A stretch of DNA of 64,000 nt, taken from the IMG/VR virus record IMGVR_UViG_3300035183_000083. One strand, 5' to 3'. The stretch comes from an uncultured virus (IMG/VR IMGVR_UViG_3300035183_000083) (Duplodnaviria > Heunggongvirae > Uroviricota > Caudoviricetes). Below are positions 48,621 to 56,573 of this stretch, one piece after another. The notes beneath the pieces are model-generated. The model saw nothing but the letters and a program-made list of their open reading frames with translations. It made no database searches and had not been told where the DNA came from. The position numbers were made by a program, and so were the translations under genes. Every line of letters begins with the position of its first letter. Positions within the stretch are counted from its first letter, which is position 1.

Positions 48621-49979
48621 TTACCAAGGAATGTCGTCATCGTCATCGTCATCGTCGTCTTTGGATTTTTTCTTGGACTTCTTCCCCTTATCTTTTCCTT
48701 TACTCTTTTCCTTACTTTTCTGCTTGTCTTTTACCTTACCTTTGGCTTTGGACTTTTTGGGTTCATCATCCTCGTCATCCTCGTCGTCATCATCCTCGTC
48801 GTCATCATCCTCGTCATCATCCTCGTCGTCATCATCCTCGTCGTCATCATCCTCGTCGTCATCATCCTCGTCGTCATCCTCGTCATCATCCTCGTCGTCA
48901 TCATCCTCGTCATCATCCTCGTCGTCATCATCCTCGTCGTCCTCGTCGTCATCCTCGTCGTCATCATCCTCGGCTTTACCCTTCTTACCCTTAGGCTTTA
49001 CTTTGTCCTTGCCTTTCTTCTTGGACTTCTTAGGTTCATCGTCCTCGTCATCCTCGTCGTCATCGGAATCAGAGTCTTCGTCCTCATCGTCATAATCCTT
49101 GGCTTTGTTTTTACCCTTCTTGCCCTTACCCTTGCTACTGCCAAGGCTAACCGAATCGTCGTCATCTTCGTCATCCTCCATGTTTTCTCCCACCAAGTTC
49201 ATCTTAGCTAGCTCCTTCTTAGCTTCTTCGGGGGTTTCGCGACCGGCCAAGTCTAGCAGTGCGTCGTCAAGCTTCCAAAGGAGGTACCCCTTTTCCTCCT
49301 CGGTGATCTTGGTGGAGTCGGCCAAACTTACCTGGTACTTGTCGGGTCCAATACCATTGCTGTTGTACCGGATATTAACGTCACGGCCATAGATAGGGTG
49401 AGAAATCCGAACTTTCTTGGTCCCTTCATCTGTTTTGACCTTGTTGAGGTCTTTGAGACCTTTAAGTTTAAATGCCAAATACGCGGTCACTCGTAGTACT
49501 CGCATCGGTGTCCAAGAGTCACTGTTCTTGTCCTTGAACCCACTTTTCAGCTCGGCCTTAGTAGGCTTGCCGGCATTTTTCGGCTTGCCGTCTTCCTGGG
49601 TCTTGCGATCAATAACGTTGACCAAGAACCCGTCTTCATCTTGGTTGTCCGGAATAGAGCAGTAGCTGCAATGTATCTTCTTACCCCTTTTATCCTTACG
49701 GGGACCGCCGGTGTCCGAAGCCGGATCAAAAGCTACGCAAATCTTAGGGATACGAACTGCTCGTGTGTCTCCCGTCCCTTTACCCTTCTTGCCTTCTTCC
49801 TTCTTGGCCTTTACCAGTATGTTGATCCAATGCTTGCGGTAGGGGAACATCTTAGACTTTTTAGTCTCCATGATACGTACAGTGACCCATTCACCATCGG
49901 GAAGTGGAAGCATTTCAACAACGTCTCCGAAGTCACGACGTTCACGACCAACTCTGGGATTGATGGAATCAAGATTCAT
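48621..49979 (-). CDS. Putative gp32-like single-stranded DNA-binding protein with very long acidic tract
   Basis: VRIM..KHW..C..CSYC..FLVNVIDR..GRDVNI..KYQV pattern; ends DDDDIPW like an SSB tip; adjacent to recA. Confidence 0.7.
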   Translation of the reverse strand: MNLDSINPRVGRERRDFGDVVEMLPLPDGEWVTVRIMETKKSKMFPYRKHWINILVKAKKEEGKKGKGTGDTRAVRIPKICVAFDPASDTGGPRKDKRGKKIHCSYCSIPDNQDEDGFLVNVIDRKTQEDGKPKNAGKPTKAELKSGFKDKNSDSWTPMRVLRVTAYLAFKLKGLKDLNKVKTDEGTKKVRISHPIYGRDVNIRYNSNGIGPDKYQVSLADSTKITEEEKGYLLWKLDDALLDLAGRETPEEAKKELAKMNLVGENMEDDEDDDDSVSLGSSKGKGKKGKNKAKDYDDEDEDSDSDDDEDDEDDEPKKSKKKGKDKVKPKGKKGKAEDDDDEDDDEDDEDDDDEDDDEDDDDEDDDEDDDEDDDDEDDDDEDDDDEDDDEDDDDEDDDDEDDEDDEPKKSKAKGKVKDKQKSKEKSKGKDKGKKSKKKSKDDDDDDDDDIPW

Positions 49980-50104
49980 AACTACTCCTGTTTGAGTCTA
50001 CAACAAAACTTTGAGGGCTTAGACTGCTAAGCCTAGTCCCTCATCTTAAACGCCACATTCGGTATACCCTAATGTGTTTCCACTCGCATAACAATGAAGC
50101 TGTC

Positions 50105-51238
50105 TTATTTACAGTTTGTCACCTTATACGTACCTTGGCTCTCCATGTAATCTCTCATCTGATCTAACTCTTGGACATTGAAGACCTCGTCAATATCCAT
50201 GTATAGTCTAGCTAACCCTAATGGGTCTGCGGCCTTTGCTAGTCGTCGGATGACTAAGGCTTGTTCCTCTGTTTCTAGGTCTTGATCTACTGATTGCCCT
50301 CCCTCTAGCTCTTGTATATACTCATTGCCGTCATCGTCCGTTGCATGGAGACTAACGCTGAAATTGGATGGCTTGTCTTTAGATATTGCCATGTTCCGTC
50401 GTTGCATATAGGGTATGGTATACGCTATGCCGTATTCATGGCTGTGGTCTGTATGACTGCTGTCCCTAGCATTCATCAGCCACCATTTAACATACGTGGT
50501 TAAGGCACCTTTGGAAGAGTCATACTTATCTAGTGCTGTTATCACCGCGTGAAGGAGGTTTTGAGCCATATCTTTTGAATCCATATTGGGTTTGTCCGTA
50601 CAATACGCGACGGAATACCCTCTGGCCAGTTTGATATACTGGTGAACTATGGAATTTCGGAATTCGTAGGCTAGGTCTAAGTAGTCCCTAGCTATGTAGA
50701 TGGCGGAGAACAAATGGTCTCTATGGAACCCTAGGCGACCCTCAATAGCGGATAGTTTTAAGTCTAGTTTTCGATGTTTGTTGGGGTCCGTTGTTACCAG
50801 AAACTCATTATAAATAATGTCATAACCCTCACATTCTTTTAGGAAGTTCACTACAAACTTGTGGACAAAAGAGCGCTCCAGTTTACAACTGGCAAGCAAA
50901 TAGAACTTAGTGTTCTTATCCGGAGTGACTAGATATTTGGCGAGGACTGTGACTAACTCTTCCCTGGGCATAGCAGACAACTTACGTTTCCTATTCCTAG
51001 AGGCTACGCTCAGCAAGTAGGTTATTTGAAGATCGAATATATTGCTATGTAGGATTATAGGTTTTATAGACTCATAGATTAAGCTGTCGAATATTTCTTG
51101 GATTTGACCCCCGGTTAAGTTGTGACCACTAGCTGTTTGGCTGGCTGTGGTGGTCAAAGCTGGTTCAATAGGGTCATCATTGACAACGACCTTAGTGGGT
51201 GGTTCTTGCTTGTCAGCCGAGAGTCGTTTACTTGCCAT
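50105..51238 (-). CDS. Phage sigma70-family sigma factor
   Basis: Region-2-like DMAQNLLHAVITALDKYDSSKGALTTYVKWWL; region-3-like VSLH. Confidence 0.8.
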   Translation of the reverse strand: MASKRLSADKQEPPTKVVVNDDPIEPALTTTASQTASGHNLTGGQIQEIFDSLIYESIKPIILHSNIFDLQITYLLSVASRNRKRKLSAMPREELVTVLAKYLVTPDKNTKFYLLASCKLERSFVHKFVVNFLKECEGYDIIYNEFLVTTDPNKHRKLDLKLSAIEGRLGFHRDHLFSAIYIARDYLDLAYEFRNSIVHQYIKLARGYSVAYCTDKPNMDSKDMAQNLLHAVITALDKYDSSKGALTTYVKWWLMNARDSSHTDHSHEYGIAYTIPYMQRRNMAISKDKPSNFSVSLHATDDDGNEYIQELEGGQSVDQDLETEEQALVIRRLAKAADPLGLARLYMDIDEVFNVQELDQMRDYMESQGTYKVTNCK

Positions 51239-51239
51239 A

Positions 51240-51719
51240 TCAATCCCCTTGCTTTATTACAAGTTTGGCCAGAGCTACCAGATGTTTACACACACCAGGG
51301 TGATTTGAGGAATTTGTCCAAGAAGCAGGCTGGCCATTGGAGTGTATTATATTAGCAGCGCCCCAAGTACTCATAGCATACTCCCAAACAAAGGTCCAGT
51401 TCCCGCAGTTACAACTGACCAAAACTTTAGCTTGGTCTTTTATTTTTACCCCTTTTTCAAAACCAATAATAGTTACTTGTTTAGGTGTGTGGTGTTCACC
51501 ATCTACGGTTAGAAGTGTTCCTATGATAGCTGGGTAGCCAGATTTGGTCCTCCCCTTAGGGTTATAAGCCTTTACCACTACGTCCTTGGCTTTGTTGAAG
51601 TTGTAAGGTGGTGTGAACAGTAATGCTTGCCTAAGGCTTAGACCACCCTTCCTTTTAGCATCTGCATACTCTTGGGCAATAGTTGGCCTCTTTGCTTTAG
51701 GCCTAGGGTTGCTTGGCAT
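51240..51719 (-). CDS. SWIM-type zinc-finger protein (paralog of 4801-5298)
   Basis: VSCNCGNWTF...PGVCKHL. Confidence 0.75.
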   Translation of the reverse strand: MPSNPRPKAKRPTIAQEYADAKRKGGLSLRQALLFTPPYNFNKAKDVVVKAYNPKGRTKSGYPAIIGTLLTVDGEHHTPKQVTIIGFEKGVKIKDQAKVLVSCNCGNWTFVWEYAMSTWGAANIIHSNGQPASWTNSSNHPGVCKHLVALAKLVIKQGD

Positions 51720-51740
51720 GGTAATGTCCTATGGCGTTGA

Positions 51741-51771
51741 AACCTGGCTTCTTTAATGTTGAAGCCAGGTT
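51741..51771. terminator. Stem-loop at the 3' end of the modification cluster
   Basis: aacctggcttc...gaagccaggtt. Confidence 0.6.
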
Positions 51772-51797
51772 GGTTAGTCTTTAGATCCCAAGTGGTA

Positions 51798-52916
51798 CTA
51801 GATAAGTTCCTTTATACTGTCTATTATGCAATCCATTGCATGGAGGTATTTGTCATCCAGCCTTACATCGAAGTCCTCATTATGCAAGAACCACTCCACT
51901 TTTTCGATGATCTCGTCCTCATCGTTGTATAACATCCTATTATTACCCAATAGCTCAGGATGGCTGAACTTATTAGCCGCAACGACCGGGGTATTATAGA
52001 ATAGGGCCTCAGCGATGCAGTATCCGAAGTTCTCCTCAATAGAGGTTGTTAGCATTACCCTACTTTCGGACAGATGGCGATGGTACTCGTCTTTAGATAG
52101 ACCCGACAGGATTTTGATAATACCTGCGGACTCTAAGGTCCTAGCGTAATCAACAAGCCATTTCTTATTTGACCTGAACTCCGGTCTGGACGTAGTGACC
52201 AAGATTTCCAACCCTGGATTTCTCTGCTTTAACACCACAGCTATGTCCAAAGCTATGTTTGGTCGCTTTTCCCAATCGAACCGATTGGGTAAGATCAACT
52301 GATACTTCTTATTGTATGGAAATTCCTTGTAATCGGAGGCGAAGACTGGGTTTCCAGTTACTAACACCTTATTAGCAAGGCCCATCCAATCGTCAGGCCC
52401 GCCATCTTCTTTGGAGTCCGGTGCGATAGCTTTCAATCGTCTGGTGATAACAGAATCAGCGTGATAGTGTGATCCCACGAATACCGCGTCGCAACAAGCT
52501 ACCCACCCCACCTCGGTATAGCGTTGATACGGTGACGCTACCGCAAAGGCGTCTTCAATAGTATAAGACCCTGCATGTAGGAATCCGCAGATTTTTATGT
52601 TTACCTTGTTCATTGCGGCCATTAAGCGCAAGCTTTCTAGGCCCCAGAATTCAAGGTCTGCGAAGAAGAAAACGTCACCATCCCTGATTTCCTTGTTATG
52701 GAACATTTTAGAAATAACCATCATCTGGCTATTCTTGTAATGAATCGTGCTGTTTATGTCGAGGAATGTCCCCGTCTCGACCACAGACGTTAACGGTTGG
52801 CCATCTATCACCAAGCATTCCAATCCGCGTTTGTTGAACGATAGTGGTATGTTGCGGTACCAAGATTCAGAATACCGCTCAACCAGGGGTTCGATAGGTA
52901 CGAATATGACTCTCAC
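51798..52916 (-). CDS. GT-B (GT4-like) glycosyltransferase
   Basis: PNRFDWEKRP, SIEENFGYCIAEA (Ex7E), FSHPELL. Confidence 0.88.
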   Translation of the reverse strand: MRVIFVPIEPLVERYSESWYRNIPLSFNKRGLECLVIDGQPLTSVVETGTFLDINSTIHYKNSQMMVISKMFHNKEIRDGDVFFFADLEFWGLESLRLMAAMNKVNIKICGFLHAGSYTIEDAFAVASPYQRYTEVGWVACCDAVFVGSHYHADSVITRRLKAIAPDSKEDGGPDDWMGLANKVLVTGNPVFASDYKEFPYNKKYQLILPNRFDWEKRPNIALDIAVVLKQRNPGLEILVTTSRPEFRSNKKWLVDYARTLESAGIIKILSGLSKDEYHRHLSESRVMLTTSIEENFGYCIAEALFYNTPVVAANKFSHPELLGNNRMLYNDEDEIIEKVEWFLHNEDFDVRLDDKYLHAMDCIIDSIKELI

Positions 52917-52969
52917 AGACTTGTCCTCTCAATGTTTTGGTGACTCAGTAAGGCTTGTTGGCTTTAAAG

Positions 52970-53668
52970 TTAAATCCGACCTTGGATCGCTCGGTCTTTA
53001 TCATTTTTGATAATGTCGGTACATCCTTGATGTTTGTGAGGGCATTCATCTGGCATGCCTTCAGGGAAGGATACACAGCAGTCGGGACAAATCCATGCGC
53101 ATTCCCCACGTGCTGCCTTATCGAATAGGTCTTGGGTCACTAAGTCCATAGAGCTTATAGCTTCCTTAAGCTGCTGGTGATTCTCTGCTTTTGCGATAGC
53201 TATTCCAGGAATCTCAACCCTACTTTCCTCAGGTTTGCCTACGCTGAGGTCGATGTCGCCGTCGAACTGGTCTGGCGTTGTGATCGTCATGTTCTCCTTA
53301 GTGACGCAGTAGACCAGCCGATCCTCATTGACGAACTTGACCTGGTCATGCGGCTTCAACTTGAAGAAGCTGGCGTCCTTCAAGTGTAGCATAACATTAA
53401 CCCAGTCGGGAAAGTTTTGCTGTAGCTCATGGGTTTCAATCGTAACCACATAACCCATGGCGTGAAATACTTCTAGTCCAAACAGTACATCTTCCGATAG
53501 GGTTGTTACGCCATCTATGTACAGCTGGTGAGCATTATTCAGAGATAGAGCTTCTATCACTTCGTTCCTTGTAAAGGAATCATCAGACCAACCATCTAAT
53601 TGTCTTGCTTGGACAAAAATTGTCCGTAGACCTTTAAAGCGGCCTTCTACTTCTATACCAAAACGCAT
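52970..53668 (-). CDS. QueE-like protein lacking the CxxxCxxC motif, with a C-terminal Cys cluster
   Basis: EGRFKGLRTIFV, GYVVTIET and DQVKFV resemble QueE segments; C-terminal CAWICPDCC...ECPH...GC. Confidence 0.5.
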   Translation of the reverse strand: MRFGIEVEGRFKGLRTIFVQARQLDGWSDDSFTRNEVIEALSLNNAHQLYIDGVTTLSEDVLFGLEVFHAMGYVVTIETHELQQNFPDWVNVMLHLKDASFFKLKPHDQVKFVNEDRLVYCVTKENMTITTPDQFDGDIDLSVGKPEESRVEIPGIAIAKAENHQQLKEAISSMDLVTQDLFDKAARGECAWICPDCCVSFPEGMPDECPHKHQGCTDIIKNDKDRAIQGRI

Positions 53669-53685
53669 AGCTTTTGTCCTTTTGT

Positions 53686-54558
53686 TTATAGGTAATTGTA
53701 AACGACAGTTGACCCGTTTTCATTGTCCTCGAACACTGATACTTTACAGGATCGTCTAGGTCTTAATAATATGACCATGTCCAAGAATTTCTCGGCCAAC
53801 ATTTCACACGACTGGTAGTTGAGGTCGTCACCGAGACTTCGTATCATGTTCTCTACCTCGTGCTTGAACATGACGAACTCGATTTCCCGGTCATTATGGA
53901 ATACGGAAATCTCTATAGTAACGTGAAACACGTGCCTATGAGGGTATTTCAAGTAGGCCACTTCCTTAGGTGCATCAGGATATGCGTGGATGCCCTCGAA
54001 GGACGTTTTGATTGTGATGGTCTTCTCCAGATCCGACTGTTGGATGGACTCGAACAACCAATATTTGTCATCCCTAAGCCATAGCCTTTTCTGGGAGGGG
54101 AAAAGAGTATTTAAAGCCTCTAGTTTCCTCTCTGCTTTAGGTTGGTCAAGAACTGATAGCTCAGTGTTCATATCTACTGAGTAGAACAGAATCTTTTGGC
54201 CAGGTAGAAGGCCAGACCTACCTATCTGATTCACCGCCTTATGGTGTGGGTGTAAGTCCTTTATATTGGGTACTAGGATTGTCTCAAAATTAGTTGAGTT
54301 CATGGCTCCCCATGATGTCGCACCTAGTACGACTGGGTTGAACCCGAAGTAACTAGCCGAAGCATGAGCCTCCTTAATCCTTTTAGGATCCAGGTCAAAG
54401 AAGTACACTACATGGGATACTTTCTTTGCGGCTAGCAAACTAAAGCACCCTATCACCTCGTCATCCACATGTGGTGCCAGAATTACACAGCTACGGTCTC
54501 TTATGGTTGCAAGCATGGTCTTCAAGTTCATCGCGTTTCTCTTATTTTTGCTGGTCAA
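53686..54558 (-). CDS. Fusion: PIG-L/LmbE deacetylase plus QueD/PTPS-like T-fold domain
   Basis: N-terminal LAPHVDDEVIGC and DLHPHH; C-terminal FEGIHAYP..PHRHVFHV..REIEF..SCEMLA..VSVFEDNENG. Confidence 0.75.
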   Translation of the reverse strand: MTSKNKRNAMNLKTMLATIRDRSCVILAPHVDDEVIGCFSLLAAKKVSHVVYFFDLDPKRIKEAHASASYFGFNPVVLGATSWGAMNSTNFETILVPNIKDLHPHHKAVNQIGRSGLLPGQKILFYSVDMNTELSVLDQPKAERKLEALNTLFPSQKRLWLRDDKYWLFESIQQSDLEKTITIKTSFEGIHAYPDAPKEVAYLKYPHRHVFHVTIEISVFHNDREIEFVMFKHEVENMIRSLGDDLNYQSCEMLAEKFLDMVILLRPRRSCKVSVFEDNENGSTVVYNYL

Positions 54559-54563
54559 TTAAG

Positions 54564-55085
54564 CTACTCGGTATACTCCTTAGACACCTTTATGCCGTTG
54601 TACTTAAGATACTCCCACACTTGTTGCTCTGTCCAGTTGAAGATGGGGTACAGCATAGATAGGCCGAAGATACCCCGTTTGACGAACGCAGGCATGTTTT
54701 CCCGAGACACGTTCTCACCGTCCACGATCAGATCCGTGGACTTTTCATTCCTAGTGGCTTCGTCCCTGCGAGTGCCGTCTATCTGACACTCCAACCCATT
54801 GGCTTGAATAAAAGAAGGCATATCGGCCGACCGTACGAAATTGACTGGGCGCTGAACCGATAGGTCGTAGATAAATTGAACTGTATCGGGGTGAGTGTCA
54901 GCTTTAGGGTTGTGTGTCACTCGAATTTCAGGGCAGACTTGAATGGTGAGATCATAGATAACACAAGAGTCCTTACCTCCCGAATGACCTAAGAAAAGGG
55001 CACCGTGATAGGTGTTGAGTGCGCTCCGAATCCGCATCCGGGCTTCGATAACATGGGTCATCAAGTTTACATCAAAAGCGTTCAT
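54564..55085 (-). CDS. PAPS-reductase-family PP-loop protein
   Basis: HSGGKDS, DTHPDT, DGTRRDE, YPIFNWTEQQVWEYL. Confidence 0.85.
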   Translation of the reverse strand: MNAFDVNLMTHVIEARMRIRSALNTYHGALFLGHSGGKDSCVIYDLTIQVCPEIRVTHNPKADTHPDTVQFIYDLSVQRPVNFVRSADMPSFIQANGLECQIDGTRRDEATRNEKSTDLIVDGENVSRENMPAFVKRGIFGLSMLYPIFNWTEQQVWEYLKYNGIKVSKEYTE

Positions 55086-55124
55086 ACTAAGTCCTCTATA
55101 TAGCAGATGGTTGGTACAAGTGCT

Positions 55125-56570
55125 TTAGGAAAACAATCCTTTAGCCTTTGCTTGCTGTTGCTTACGTTGCTCTTTCGACTGTTGAGTCCTTTCAATGTCC
55201 TTAGACCTTTGTGGACCTTCAGTCCTAACCTTACTAAGGTCTAAGTCCTGTCCTACATGATAGTACAGGACACCGTTGTGTTCGGAGCATTGAGCCCCTA
55301 GCTTTCTTAATCCATAGTAGTATTCTCCCCAAAACTTATTTACAGGATTTGCTCCGTTAGCTTTCCATCCCATCAAGCTGTAGACTTCTCGTTTTGTCAG
55401 AGGCTTAGTCTCCAGCTTTTTCATCACGGTCTTAAGCTTTGGACTTTTTGCAGCCACTGCACTGAGCTTAGATTCCAAGACCTGATTAAGCTTGCGCTTA
55501 AGCCTGCCCTTGTAGCCTTCCTTGGACACCACATTAGTTCTTAAACCCTCCATGTTATAGTCCACTATGTGCTGTCTGAATTTGCGGTCCGTGTAAATCC
55601 TATGTAAGGTCTCCACCATATCCTTTCTTTTTACAGTAGACTCAGACCCGCCTATCACACGTTGGAAGGTTGGGTTGTTGCAGTCTAAGTTTAGAGTAGC
55701 TACTTGGTGCTTTATAGCATCAAAAACGGAAATGCCGTGATTCTCTATCAATGCCGTGTTGATCGTAACATTAGCCTTTAGCAGTACCGACCTGTATTCT
55801 TCCGGATCAGTGTGAAAGGGCACTATCGTAACCCATTTTTGAATATTAGGTGGTATGTGGGAAAAGACTAGCTTCTCAGTTAGAGAAGAGGTCACAATGA
55901 CCTCTATAGGTATCTTAGGATAACGGTCATGGAACTCAGATACGATGCCAAAGAAAGCCTTCGGGTTCTTAACTGCATTGAGTCTATGGTTCCATAAGAA
56001 TACCATTTTGCTAAAATCCTTCTTACCTTTGTACTCACCAAACTTAAACATATCAGGTGGTGGCAGCACCAAGAACTTCTGCCTTAGAGCCGCTACAGCT
56101 TTGACTGAAAATACCTCTCTTAGTGTGTCTCGGAAAACCATTTCCAGTGGTGGTGACAGCATGATGACCTCGGAAGCCATCATAGCAGTGTATATGTCCA
56201 TCATATGGGCTTTGTTCTTTGACCATTGCTTGGCTAGAAGGTCATCCTCAAACAGACTATGCGCAATCCGCATCACCTTAAGGAACTCGGAGAAATAGTC
56301 AAAGTGGTTGGGACTATAGTTAAGTAGGTCATTATAACTCAAGCTATCTTCCATTAAGAAGAAATCAGAATCTAGTGACCAAAAATCAAGGTCTGCAAAG
56401 GCTTCCCTAGTAAACATGACTGACCTAGGTGAGACCTGGACCAACCTGGATGTAGGGTACAGTTCCTTGTGCAGTATGTAGTAATGAGGCACATACTTGT
56501 TCTTATTGGCGTTAGTTTCCTTAATACCCAGAATGGTAAGGCTAGGCTCGTTTTTATACATAAACATCAC
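55125..56570 (-). CDS. Second, divergent GT-B glycosyltransferase
   Basis: FLWNHRLNAVKNPKAFF and IENHGISVFDA align with the NR..KRP and ENFG..EA motifs of the 51798 gene. Confidence 0.7.
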   Translation of the reverse strand: MMFMYKNEPSLTILGIKETNANKNKYVPHYYILHKELYPTSRLVQVSPRSVMFTREAFADLDFWSLDSDFFLMEDSLSYNDLLNYSPNHFDYFSEFLKVMRIAHSLFEDDLLAKQWSKNKAHMMDIYTAMMASEVIMLSPPLEMVFRDTLREVFSVKAVAALRQKFLVLPPPDMFKFGEYKGKKDFSKMVFLWNHRLNAVKNPKAFFGIVSEFHDRYPKIPIEVIVTSSLTEKLVFSHIPPNIQKWVTIVPFHTDPEEYRSVLLKANVTINTALIENHGISVFDAIKHQVATLNLDCNNPTFQRVIGGSESTVKRKDMVETLHRIYTDRKFRQHIVDYNMEGLRTNVVSKEGYKGRLKRKLNQVLESKLSAVAAKSPKLKTVMKKLETKPLTKREVYSLMGWKANGANPVNKFWGEYYYGLRKLGAQCSEHNGVLYYHVGQDLDLSKVRTEGPQRSKDIERTQQSKEQRKQQQAKAKGLFS

Positions 56571-56573
56571 CTG

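Noticed and set aside
48599..49095. Poly-Ser, His/Arg/Pro and Met/Thr ORFs
   Set aside because: Alternative frames of the Asp/Glu tract.
54564..55085. Dnd phosphorothioation or sulfate assimilation
   Set aside because: No DndA/D/E or cys genes; the protein is much shorter than DndC and lacks the CysH catalytic tail.
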